The position numbers and the translations under genes were made by a program. The notes under the pieces are model-generated. The model did no database searches. It saw only the letters and a list, made by a program, of their open reading frames with translations, and was not told the origin of the DNA. From positions 713 through 64,712 of the forward strand of contig CAZPBM010000023.1 in the NCBI GenBank assembly GCA_964584965.1: 64,000 nucleotides of DNA. Reading direction: 5' to 3'. Within the stretch, counting starts at the first letter, position 1. Each line of letters begins with the position of its first letter. Below, one piece after another: positions 27,319 to 36,449 of the stretch. This DNA is from an uncultured Candidatus Bathyarchaeia archaeon. Lineage in GTDB: Archaea; Thermoproteota; Bathyarchaeia; Bathyarchaeales; DTEX01.

Positions 27319-28437
27319 TCACAAGTATTTGCCGTATTTTCGGGCTTCATCCACCATTGTGCGGATGTTTTCAACTTTGCAGTTAGCATGAAGCGAGTTA
27401 CTTGACGTGAGGATGTAACCTCCGTTTTTGGCTGCAGCATCTATGCATCGGCGAACATCTTGACGCACCTCCTCCTCGGTTCCGAAAGGCAAAACAAAAC
27501 GGCAGTCAACATTACCTAGAATGCAGACTCGGCTTCCATATCTCTCTTTAACGTCACCCAAATCCATGGCTCCAGGCTCAACAGGGTGAATGCCGCGGAT
27601 TCCAACCTCAACCATGTCGTCTAGAATTGGGTAAATGTTTCCATCTGAATGCTTTAGAACAGGCACCCCCTTCTTTTCGGCTAAGGCGACGATTCTACGG
27701 ATGTTCGGGAGCTCAAATTCCCTAAATTGTTTCAGACTCATCAGCGGCGAATGGCAGTCCGCGTAGTCGTCTGTTATGAACGCCACCTCTGCGCCGGCTT
27801 CAATCATTAGCTTAACCATACCCTGGCAGGTTTCAGCGATTTTTTTCATGAATTTTTTGGTTGCCTCTGGTCTGCGGTGCATGTCTATAACGAGCTTGTC
27901 GATTCCTCCTCGAACTTGGAAAGCCATGTGCCACCCTGCGTGTCCTTGGCAGACGACAGCTGTGTCCTTGCCTTTCAAGGAGTTAACTGCCTTTTCAGCC
28001 ATCTCGTACATGCCTTCAGCCTCAGGGTCAGGTGGCACATAGTAATTCATGTCCTCCTCGGTTTCAACTGTTCCGTTAACCCACCATGTGGTTCTCGTAT
28101 CCTTTCTCATGTCAAGTATTCTGCCCCACTCGTCAATGAACCGTGTTCCTGATAGAATCTTAGGTTTGTAGTCTCTACTACAAAGCGCATAGTCGCTTAT
28201 GATGGGGACACCGTCAAATCCAAGCTTCAAACATGCCTTTCCAAGAGCGATTCTGCTTTCAACCGCAGCTGCCCAAGGGTTATCTCCTGAGCCGGCAACA
28301 AGGCTGAACGTGCTTAGGCTTTCACCCGTTATTGCCTCTATGATTGGAGAATCAAGACCGAGGTCAGTAATCGGAACCGTGTCAGGCTGCTTCAGGTCAA
28401 CAGCAGCGAAGAACCTTTCCCGATGCGACATACCCAT
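27319..28437 (-). CDS. Uroporphyrinogen decarboxylase (URO-D) family protein, MtaA/CmuA-like
   Basis: The N-terminus SHRERFFAAVDLKQPDTVPI and the 372-aa TIM-barrel-like layout are typical of URO-D-family proteins. The substrate cannot be inferred. Confidence 0.75.
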   Translation of the reverse strand: MGMSHRERFFAAVDLKQPDTVPITDLGLDSPIIEAITGESLSTFSLVAGSGDNPWAAAVESRIALGKACLKLGFDGVPIISDYALCSRDYKPKILSGTRFIDEWGRILDMRKDTRTTWWVNGTVETEEDMNYYVPPDPEAEGMYEMAEKAVNSLKGKDTAVVCQGHAGWHMAFQVRGGIDKLVIDMHRRPEATKKFMKKIAETCQGMVKLMIEAGAEVAFITDDYADCHSPLMSLKQFREFELPNIRRIVALAEKKGVPVLKHSDGNIYPILDDMVEVGIRGIHPVEPGAMDLGDVKERYGSRVCILGNVDCRFVLPFGTEEEVRQDVRRCIDAAAKNGGYILTSSNSLHANCKVENIRTMVDEARKYGKYL

Positions 28438-28591
28438 GTGCTCTGAACACCCGAATTGACATTATGTTAGAATATCACATAACCTTTTTTCTCTTCTTCA
28501 ATACTGAAAATGTTTTAGAACATAAAGCCCCTAAGAACCAGTAATTGTTTTTTCAATCTTGTTGAAGCTGTTAGATTTTTTTAAGGCAATC

Positions 28592-28617
28592 TTAAAGTAT
28601 GTTCAAATATACTTTAA
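28592..28617. promoter_or_regulatory. 9-bp perfect inverted repeat (TTAAAGTAT-N8-ATACTTTAA) just upstream of the vapB-like remnant; candidate TA operator
   Basis: The arms are 28592-28600 and 28609-28617. The repeat ends 2 nt before the GTG at 28619. It is AT-rich, so a chance occurrence is possible. Confidence 0.35.
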
Positions 28618-28618
28618 A

Positions 28619-28832
28619 GTGGTTTACTTGACAAAAAAATTACTATCAAGTTTACAGAAAATTGGTAAGCTTAAAGAGAGAGGACGAAAGCTTAAGTGAG
28701 CTATTTGAAAGACTGGCAAATGAAGTGAGCCCCCGCGAGACTCTTATAAATCTTAGAGGATGTGCGGAATTTAGAGATAAAGAGGAGATGCTTTCTTATA
28801 TAAGTGCTCTAAGGGCTGAACGTAGATTATGA
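28619..28832 (+). pseudogene. VapB-type (archaeal PF02697-like) antitoxin, frameshifted
   Basis: The family N-terminus KKITIKFTENW is in one frame and ends at a stop. The remainder, SLKREDESLSELFERLANEVSPRETLINLRGCAEFRDKEEMLSYISALRAERRL, is in another frame (28668-28832). An A7 run lies at 28633-28639. Confidence 0.5.
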
Positions 28833-29206
28833 TTGTGCTTGGTATGATGTGTTGATTGAAATTCTCGACAGAAAATCCTAAAAAGGAAGTTCGCAAAAAA
28901 ATTCTCGAAACTGGCGAAAAGATGGCTACAACTATCATAAACGTGCATGGTCTTTTATGTGGTCTGAAAAACTACGTAAAACCTGTAGACGAGGTTACGC
29001 GTTTACCAGCGCTGGATTGCACTAAGAAAGACGCTGTTTTAGCTGCAGAAATAGAGTTAAAAACTGAAGTAGAAGGCATTATGAAATGTGGAACTGGCGC
29101 AATGATAGCTGCCATAACAATTAATAATAAAGCAAGCTTATGCACCTTTGACCAGAAACACTTTCAGCCCATTAAGGCATTAAACCTCCTAAACCTGCAA
29201 TTATGA
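28829..29206 (+). pseudogene. PIN-domain VapC toxin, N-terminus disrupted by two compensating frameshifts
   Basis: An ATGA overlap joins it to the antitoxin stop. MIVL (frame of 28829), then YDVLIEILDRKS in another frame, then ENPKKEVRKKILE...GAMIAAITINNKASLCTFDQKHFQPIKALNL back in the first frame (track ORF 28856-29206). The first acidic PIN residue survives only in the shifted piece. Confidence 0.6.
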
Positions 29207-29269
29207 AGTGTAATAGTCAAAAAATACTTGTTGTAAAAAATGTTTACATCAAAAAATATCGCTGTTTCA

Positions 29270-29745
29270 CTAAATGAAGACTGGATTCTTTCTGGAAGCA
29301 AATTTTTCGTATTGTTTCGTGTATTTTTCGATTGTTTCTTTCAATTCCGCCTCGTTTCTTTCGCTGATAATGCACCCGTTTTGTGAAAGGCACTCAGCGA
29401 ACCGTTCAAGTTCATCTTTCAAGTAAACCCATACGCAGGCTCCGCGGGACGTTAACGAAAATCTTCCTTCGCCCAATTCTTTGATTTCCATTTTTCCATG
29501 TTGGCACTGGTATGGGTTTCCGAACCCTGAAAAAATTGTCCTTCGGGTCTTAAAAAACGCTTTAAAGGTAGCTTTGACTTTGTTTATAGTTCCTTCTCCC
29601 TTAACAACTATTTCAAAGGGATACTCGTATCTGCCTGCGCTGACACCAACATGGCTAACCGAAAGGACTCGACAGTGAACCCCTCTATGACCTGGTCTTC
29701 TTCTGGGAATTCCGTCCCTAAACGAAACGTTCGAGAAAACGGCAT
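29270..29745 (-). pseudogene. Hypothetical protein, apparently split by one frameshift
   Basis: ATG at 29745 opens a 45-codon ORF (MPFSRTFRLGTEFPEEDQVIEGFTVESFRLAMLVSAQADTSIPLK) that stops at 29608. The frame of the 73-aa track ORF (29270-29491) stays open 85 codons upstream to 29746 with no ATG, GTG or TTG. Confidence 0.4.
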
Positions 29746-29815
29746 ATTAAGTATTTAGCTCGGAGACGCTTAAAACGTTTCGCGATGTACTGGACCGTAA
29801 TCCCTTTTTGCAGTT

Positions 29816-30505
29816 TTACCTAGTGCTTCTTTTGGTTTGTTTTTTCTGTTTTAGGAGCCATTTGTAGAGGGCTGGGTTGTCGTACGTTACTGTCCAAGAA
29901 TCGTGCCCAAGGTCTGGATAGATTGTGATCTTCACGTTTCCACCAAGTTTCTTAAGCACGTCGTAAAGATCCTTAGAGTTCTCAACAGGCACAGCCTCGT
30001 CCTTCGCGCCGTGGAAAATCCAGATCGGCATGTCCTTTAGTCCTTTGATTTGCTCCGAGACGTCTTTGTCGTGAATCATGCCTCCGCAGATCGGCACCAC
30101 AGCGGCGAAGAGGTCAGGGTAAGCTGCAGCTAGGTGCCAAGCTCCGTATCCTCCCATGCTTAGCCCAGTTAGATAGACGCGGTTTTCGTCAATGTTGAAT
30201 CTTTGCACGGCGTCTACGACTAAGGCGTGAAGCTCATCCACCATCATATTCCACATCGAGTTTATGGGGCACTGCGGTGAAACAACGACAAACGGGAAGT
30301 CCTCCTTTTTCTCCACGATCTTTGGAATTCCGTGCTTTTTAACGAGCTCAAGGTTGTTTCCTCTTTCACCCATGCCATGCAAAAACAGAATCATCGGCCA
30401 CTTGGCATTTTGCTTCTTGCCGTAGTCTTTTGGCAAGTAAAGCAGATACCTCAAGGAAACCTTTTTCACAATTTCCTTTTCAAATAGATGCTCTGTCTGG
30501 CTCAT
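29816..30505 (-). CDS. Alpha/beta hydrolase (carboxylesterase/phospholipase-type)
   Basis: LFLHGMGERG, the nucleophile elbow LTGLSMGGYGAW, FHGAKDEAVP and the catalytic-His region LGHDSW are present. Confidence 0.8.
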   Translation of the reverse strand: MSQTEHLFEKEIVKKVSLRYLLYLPKDYGKKQNAKWPMILFLHGMGERGNNLELVKKHGIPKIVEKKEDFPFVVVSPQCPINSMWNMMVDELHALVVDAVQRFNIDENRVYLTGLSMGGYGAWHLAAAYPDLFAAVVPICGGMIHDKDVSEQIKGLKDMPIWIFHGAKDEAVPVENSKDLYDVLKKLGGNVKITIYPDLGHDSWTVTYDNPALYKWLLKQKKQTKRSTR

Positions 30506-30632
30506 TGGAAAATGCTCCTTTAATAGTCATCTACAATTCTCCGTATATATAAGCGTAGGAAAAGTGAACTTGAGTTTTCACCGCCATCTTTGTCAATGGA
30601 CATATTGTTCCAAGGGCATCAGTGAACCGTCT

Positions 30633-31442
30633 TTAGAGGTAGTGTAATCCATGTTCTTTGGCGGATTTTTCGAGGTACATGACTGTCAGCTTCGCAATTA
30701 CAGATAGTATTATTAGTTGTAGAAATAATCCCGCCCACTCGTACTCGACGGGCATGATCGATCGGGTCTGCATCACGTAGCACCTCATCAAGTCTATGCC
30801 GAAAGTTATAGGCAAGGTGTACCCAACCATCTGTAATGGCACTGGCAGAAGCTGGAAAGGCACGAACATTCCTGTCAGCAGCTGAAAAGCAAAGTTGAAG
30901 AAGCTAAAAATAGCTGTGGTCTGCCTGTACTTTAAGACTAAGCTCGCGAAAATAGCGCCTAACTGTGCCAGCGCAGCAACTGAAACCATTGTCGCCATTA
31001 AGCCTAGGAACAGTCCAAGCAACGTTACAGTTGTGTTTGTGAAATACAAAGCGACGCAGAACATAGGAATAAAGAATAACGTGGACTGCAGTGCCGAGGC
31101 AGCTATGTTGCTTGCAATGTACCAATACCTCGAAAATGGGCAGCTTAATGTGTAGTCAATCTGACCTGAGCTAAGTTCGCCTTGGAACATGCCTGCTGAA
31201 CCCCAAAGTGCGGTTCCCTGCCAGCTTTGGAAACTGATGCCTATGATAAAGAACGCCACATAGTTTGTTGAACCAATCATGTTGCCAAGTATGTTCGTGT
31301 CAAATGCCATGACAAAAATAAGGCTGCCAAACCCGAACAAGACGCTTGACAACAGATCAAACACGAAGTTCGCTTTGTAACGCGTCATCGTTAAAAGGTT
31401 CCGCCAAACCGACATATAAAACAACTTAACTGGATTAGGCAT
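30633..31442 (-). CDS. ABC-2 type transporter permease
   Basis: The 269-aa protein has about 6 predicted hydrophobic helices. Its start overlaps the upstream ATPase reading frame by 8 nt. Confidence 0.8.
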   Translation of the reverse strand: MPNPVKLFYMSVWRNLLTMTRYKANFVFDLLSSVLFGFGSLIFVMAFDTNILGNMIGSTNYVAFFIIGISFQSWQGTALWGSAGMFQGELSSGQIDYTLSCPFSRYWYIASNIAASALQSTLFFIPMFCVALYFTNTTVTLLGLFLGLMATMVSVAALAQLGAIFASLVLKYRQTTAIFSFFNFAFQLLTGMFVPFQLLPVPLQMVGYTLPITFGIDLMRCYVMQTRSIMPVEYEWAGLFLQLIILSVIAKLTVMYLEKSAKEHGLHYL

Positions 31443-32434
31443 TTGTCTTCACCTTTTCCTTGCCATTTTCCACAAAAAACGCAAACGCGTCCTCAAGAGA
31501 AGGCTCAACCATCCGAACTGGAACTTTCAATCCTGATTTTTTCAATACAGCCACAACGTCAGGCAATGTGTCGAAGGCGTCGTTGCAGTACAACCTCACA
31601 TTTGGATTATGAGAAATATTCTGCACGCCCTGAAAGGTTTGATTCCAGTTCTTGGCTGAGGTTGTCAACACCAATCTCAAGAGTTTCTTTCATGGCTACT
31701 TTTTTCTTGAACTCTGTCGGCGTTCCTGTGAACCTTAATTTTCCATTGTTAATAAGTGCCAGCTTGTAGCAGACTTCTTCGGCTTCAAGCATGTTATGAG
31801 TTGTAATGATAAGCGTCATACCATGTTCCTGCGTGTATTTCTTCACGTAAGTTCGAACGCGACGTGCAGTCATCGGGTCGAGGCTTTTCGAAGGCTCGTC
31901 GAGAAAACAAACCTGCGGATTGTGCAAGATGGCTCTCATTACTATGACAAGCTGTTTTTCACCTCCAGATAAAGCGATGAAGTGCCTATCTAAACGGTCC
32001 TTGAATCCGACGCCTTCAGCAATTTCTTTGATCCGCTCCTTCGAAATCTTGATCGGAATATCCCTTAACGCATGAGCGAAATACAACAAGTTCTCCCTGA
32101 CAGTAAGCCTCCAATAAGCAGATCTCTCGGAGTCTTGGCCTGCGTAGCCTATGATTTGCCGTACCTTGTTCTCTTGTTTGTCAACGTCGAAGCCGCCGAC
32201 CTCAGCGTAGCCACTTGTTGCCTTTAAAAGGGTGGTTAAGATTCTGACAAGGGTTGTTTTTCCCGCTCCGTTCGGTCCAAGCAACCCGAAAACCTCGCCC
32301 TCTTTAACTGTAAGACTCAAGTGGTCGAGAGATGTTACCTTGGTTTTACGACTGTTGTAAACCTTGACAAGGTCTTCGCAAAGGACGGGCGCTTTCAACA
32401 TATTACACCTTCTGATTCTCAACACTATTTTCAT
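31435..32434 (-). pseudogene. ABC transporter ATP-binding protein, interrupted by a frameshift near 31625-31645
   Basis: Walker A GPNGAGKTT, signature LSGGEKQ and Walker B FLDEPSKSLD lie in the 275-aa ORF (31607-32434). The usual C-terminal domain (...VQNISHNPNVRLY...VEPSLEDAFAFFV) is in a different frame, as the 81-aa ORF 31435-31680. The total span is 1000 nt, not a multiple of 3. Confidence 0.7.
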
Positions 32435-32473
32435 GTGATGTGAGTGGACACATGAGTTAATTCTTCTGTTGAA

Positions 32474-33461
32474 ATGTGGTCAATGAAGTGGTCACTGCAA
32501 GACATGGAAGACACGTGTCCAGACGCTTGGCTTATTCTGGCTGCAAATCCTGTTTTCGACGGGTGCACCCTTATGACTCGGCAAACCAAAATCAAGGTCA
32601 TTGTGTTGTGTCACGGTCACTACGGCATCTATGACATTGCAATGGTCTTGGGGCTAGATCGAAACAAGGTTACATTTCAGGCTCCTAGCCTAAATCATTG
32701 TATATGGCTGACTGACTTCCGTTACGAGGGCAAAGACGCTTACCCGTTAATCGACAAGTGGATAGAAACAAAAGCTGAGGACTACTGGAAGAATTGGGAG
32801 GGAAGCTGGGGGAGACGGCCAAATGTCAAGAGCCGCTGTAAGTTTGTATAAAATGTTTGGGTTGTTCCCAGTCGGAGATACTGTTCAACAAAATCCAACA
32901 ATCGCATAGTGACACTACGTTGATTTAGAAACCCAGAAAAGATGGTTCAACAAGTACGGAGGATGGCCAGCGAACTGGAGCAACTATTTAGAAGGCCTAA
33001 AGAAACACTTGGAAAGGTTAAACCGCATTTATAGAGATTCATCAATGCTTGTTTCAAGGGAGTTTCCACTTAAGTTAAGTGGAGAACAACACATACCAAT
33101 CATAAACGCGCTGGTCAACGACCAAGAAGGTAAGTTTCAAGTCAACATCCCGAATAGAGGTTGTGCGCTTGAAGGCATGCCAGACGATGTAGTGGTGGAG
33201 GTTCCAGGTATCGTAAGTGGCCGCGGCGTTCAAACAATCCATGTTGGCGCTTTGCCAAAGCATCTGACGGTTCACTTGTTAAGAACCATTGTAACTAGGA
33301 TGGAGCTTGGTCTTCAGGCATTTCTAACATGGGACAAGAGCGTCCTGCTGAATTTGGTCCTTTCAGACCATAGAACTCGAAGCTACGATCAGGCTCAAGC
33401 ATTAATCGAAGACATGCTGGCTTTACCTTTCAACGAAGACCTGAAAAAGAAGTTTAAGTAA
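32474..33461 (+). pseudogene. Glycoside hydrolase family 4 remnant (5'-truncated, multiple frame breaks)
   Basis: The pieces are CPDAWLILAANPVFDGCTLMTRQTKIKVIVLCHGH...SLNHCIWLTDFRYEGKDAYPLID (32474-32851), KMFGLFPVGDT in another frame (~32852-32910), and the C-terminal domain IINALVNDQEGKFQVNIPNRG...VVEVPGIV (33009-33461). The NAD-binding N-terminal ~150 aa are absent; only 39 nt separate it from the divergent ABC gene. Confidence 0.8.
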
Positions 33462-33491
33462 ACCTAGAAAGAGTCGCAAAAACGAACTAGC

Positions 33492-33770
33492 CTATCCTCC
33501 GTGGAATGCTGGTAACAAAACGACGAGGTCGCCGTCTTTAAGTGGAGTTTCCAGCCCTCTTAAGGCTTGTATGTTCCGTCCGTTGAGGAGAACCGTAAGC
33601 TCCGGCTCAGTTCGGTCGAACCGTGACAAGGCCTCTTTTTGCACAGCCTCCGTTTTCCTTCTAAGCAACGAAAGCAGGTCGCCTATTTTGGAGTCGAAAT
33701 CCAACTCGACAACCATTTCGTTTCCGAGGCTTGCCATTAGGCGACCGAAAGATCTGATCTTGATCTTCAC
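33492..33770 (-). CDS. MoaD/ThiS family ubiquitin-like sulfur-carrier protein
   Basis: The 92-aa protein ends in ...DGDLVVLLPAFHGG, with the diagnostic C-terminal Gly-Gly. Confidence 0.8.
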   Translation of the reverse strand: MKIKIRSFGRLMASLGNEMVVELDFDSKIGDLLSLLRRKTEAVQKEALSRFDRTEPELTVLLNGRNIQALRGLETPLKDGDLVVLLPAFHGG

Positions 33771-33847
33771 AGGGATTCGCCTTTTTACGATGGTTTATCC
33801 TAGGTAATTCAAAAGAATGCTTAAAAAAATAAAATGGGAAATGAGGT

Positions 33848-35698
33848 TTATTTCCTTATCTTTTCCAACGCTTTGTCTACGTCTTCGAGACCGAGTTTTT
33901 TGAGGATTTCAGACTTCGGTATGCCGTTTTCGTCCCAACCGATGGCTTTGTAGAACTGCTGCTTTTGTTCCTCAACAACCTTCTTGTCTGTCGTCTTGCC
34001 CTTGTACGGTCCACTTGGTAACGGTTCATACCATCTGGGCGGATTGTCATCGTGGACAGCTGGGTTCCAAACAATGTCAGGACCGCCAAGCAGAAGAGCT
34101 GCCCTTTGAATCTGCATGATGCGAGGTCCAAGAACGCGGTTCCATTCTTCTTGAGTTGTCTCCCAACCTGTGATTGCGCGGTAATAGTCCCACGTCAATT
34201 CCCAGTCTTGGACGAAGCTGCAGATTACAGCTGAATCCGAGAAGACGGAGCCCATGTCGCGGTAGGCGTCGTAAACGCCGCTTGTGTGGTCTCCGCACTG
34301 TGGCGAACAAGCATAGCCTATTGGATTGTAGTCTTCACCGCTTCGGGTTCCATGGGCACCAATTTCAACGCCTTTCACGTGCACAGCGTATTTTGTTGCG
34401 TCAACGCCCTTCATCTCCGAAATTTTTAAGGCTGCCCTGTAAGTTCCTTCCGCAAGCACATCTCCGATGCCTTCCCTCTTAACGATTTTTCTCGCCAGCT
34501 TCTCAAAGGCTTCAACATCTCCCCACTTCAACTCGAATCCAATGTCCCTCTTTGTCAATATGCCTCTTTGGTAAAGCTCAGCTGCAAAGGCAAAGGTGTT
34601 CGGTCCGTTTATGCCTGAAAAGCCCAAGTAATCAACAAGAGCAGACATGTAAATACACTTGTCAGGTTCGAAGATTCCAAGATTCGGTCCGCAATAAGCC
34701 TGCAGCTCATAGTCAGGATCATCCGTGAAAGCCCCCTTATACGGCCCGGCTTTCACTATGGCTAGCTTCATGCAGCTACCTGCGCAGTTGAAGTCACTCC
34801 AGCACCGTTTCACCCAGTGCCTGTAGTCAAATTTTGGTCCACCAAACCCTTTCTCGTCGTGCCACTCTTCCTGCCAGTTCCTAATAGGCTCCGAGCTACT
34901 TCTCGCAGCTGTTTCGTAGCCTCCGTATCCGGTTCCGTGAACAGTTGGCCACTCTCGTTCCCTGTTGCAAAGTCTTCGGTCAACCTCTCGCCAAAGAAGC
35001 CTTACGGCACTTGGGCTTGCCACGTCTGGCAGAGGTTTCCTTCCCTTAGCCACGATAGCTTTTAGGTTTTTCGAGCCCATGACAGCACCGTAGCCACCGT
35101 AACCTGCAGCGTGGCTTACCTTCTGAAGAACAGCAGCTGTTCTGACCCTGTTCTCACCTGCTGGTCCACAGTATATCATGCCCGGTTCTTTCCAAACGCC
35201 GATTTTCGGATGTCTCTTCGAAAGTTCCTCCCGAACTTCCTTGTTCAAGATCCTTATCGTTTCAGGAGACTCGGTGCCCCAAACCTTTTTTGCGTCCCTG
35301 ATCTCAGCCTTATCATCGGTCACAAGAATATACACTGGCTTTTCAGCCTTGCCTGAAACGATGACACCATCATATCCTGCGCATTTCAGTTCAGAGGGAA
35401 ACTCGCCACTGCACGTGGAGCCAATTATGCCGTTGCTTTGAGGCGACTTACCTGTTATACAAACCCTTGCTCCTGGATGAATGGCAGTCATGGGGCCTGT
35501 TAATGCGATGAAAAGGTTTTCAGGTCCAAGCGGGTCTACATTCTGCCATTTTTTGCCAAGTCTGTCCCAGAGGATTCTTGCTGCGAGTCCTCTTCCTCCA
35601 ACGTAGTTTTTGAGAACCTCTTCACTGATTGTGATGTCCTTTATCTTGTCGTTTGACAAGTCGATGTCTAGAATTTTTCCAGCATATCCTCTCGGCAT
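33848..35698 (-). CDS. Aldehyde:ferredoxin oxidoreductase family tungstoenzyme
   Basis: The N-terminus is GYAGKILDIDLSNDKIKD...YVGGRGLAARILW. The 616-aa length and conserved AOR-family blocks continue throughout. Confidence 0.9.
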   Translation of the reverse strand: MPRGYAGKILDIDLSNDKIKDITISEEVLKNYVGGRGLAARILWDRLGKKWQNVDPLGPENLFIALTGPMTAIHPGARVCITGKSPQSNGIIGSTCSGEFPSELKCAGYDGVIVSGKAEKPVYILVTDDKAEIRDAKKVWGTESPETIRILNKEVREELSKRHPKIGVWKEPGMIYCGPAGENRVRTAAVLQKVSHAAGYGGYGAVMGSKNLKAIVAKGRKPLPDVASPSAVRLLWREVDRRLCNREREWPTVHGTGYGGYETAARSSSEPIRNWQEEWHDEKGFGGPKFDYRHWVKRCWSDFNCAGSCMKLAIVKAGPYKGAFTDDPDYELQAYCGPNLGIFEPDKCIYMSALVDYLGFSGINGPNTFAFAAELYQRGILTKRDIGFELKWGDVEAFEKLARKIVKREGIGDVLAEGTYRAALKISEMKGVDATKYAVHVKGVEIGAHGTRSGEDYNPIGYACSPQCGDHTSGVYDAYRDMGSVFSDSAVICSFVQDWELTWDYYRAITGWETTQEEWNRVLGPRIMQIQRAALLLGGPDIVWNPAVHDDNPPRWYEPLPSGPYKGKTTDKKVVEEQKQQFYKAIGWDENGIPKSEILKKLGLEDVDKALEKIRK

Positions 35699-36241
35699 TT
35701 AGACCAGCTCCTTCGCTTTTTCCCCATAAATGTTTTCTGCAATATCCTTAGTTAGATCTTCAGGCTTCTGGGCGAAGAGTTTTCTGTTAAGGTTTCCTTC
35801 AGCCCACTGCCTTGGTTGTTTGAGGAGCCAAAGCGCGTCGAACCTTGCTTCTCGGCAGACTTTAACGCATTCAGGGTCTCCATCGCATAGGTCGCAAATC
35901 GTGGCCTTGTTGTCGCCGGGGTGCAGAAATGGAATGTTGCCTGGGCAGGCGTCTATGCATTTTCCGCAGCTTATACATTTTTCCCTGTCAACCTTGACTG
36001 CTAACGTGTCTTTGTCAACGGATAGTGCGTTCACTGGGCACGAAGCGACGCATGGGTAGTCGTGGCATTGGCTGCAAAGGTGGATGACTTCAGCTCCTGG
36101 AAAAAGCATGAAGATTCTTATTCTTGAGGCTTCTGGCCACATTTTTCCTTCGTGGTGCAGTGAACAGGCAAGCTCGCATCTTCGGCATCCGCTGCATCTT
36201 AGAAGGTCTCTAAAAATCCAAACAACCTGTTTTCTCATCAT
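35699..36241 (-). CDS. 4Fe-4S dicluster electron-transfer subunit associated with AOR
   Basis: Several Cys-rich motifs are present (CSGCRRCELAC, CSQCHDYPCVASCP, CISCGKCIDACP, CDLCDGDPECVKVC). Its stop directly abuts the AOR start. Confidence 0.85.
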   Translation of the reverse strand: MMRKQVVWIFRDLLRCSGCRRCELACSLHHEGKMWPEASRIRIFMLFPGAEVIHLCSQCHDYPCVASCPVNALSVDKDTLAVKVDREKCISCGKCIDACPGNIPFLHPGDNKATICDLCDGDPECVKVCREARFDALWLLKQPRQWAEGNLNRKLFAQKPEDLTKDIAENIYGEKAKELV

Positions 36242-36449
36242 ATAAATCGAACATGATACGTAGACGAGAGAAATAAGAATATCGCAAAAAACCTAAGGAA
36301 CTTTTGACTAATTTTACACTATCATCAAGGGTATTTATTTGATAGCGATTCTAATCACCTAGGATGCTAAATATGTTTGGAAGCAGTAACAGGGCTTTTA
36401 CTAAGTGTAAAGCCGTCGTTATTAATAGTTTTTATACCCTAATAGCTTA

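Noticed and set aside
31620-31650. Possible programmed ribosomal frameshift in the ABC ATPase gene.
   Set aside because: There is no X-XXY-YYZ slippery heptamer or obvious downstream structure at the junction. A simple indel, either a mutation or a sequencing error, is the more economical explanation.
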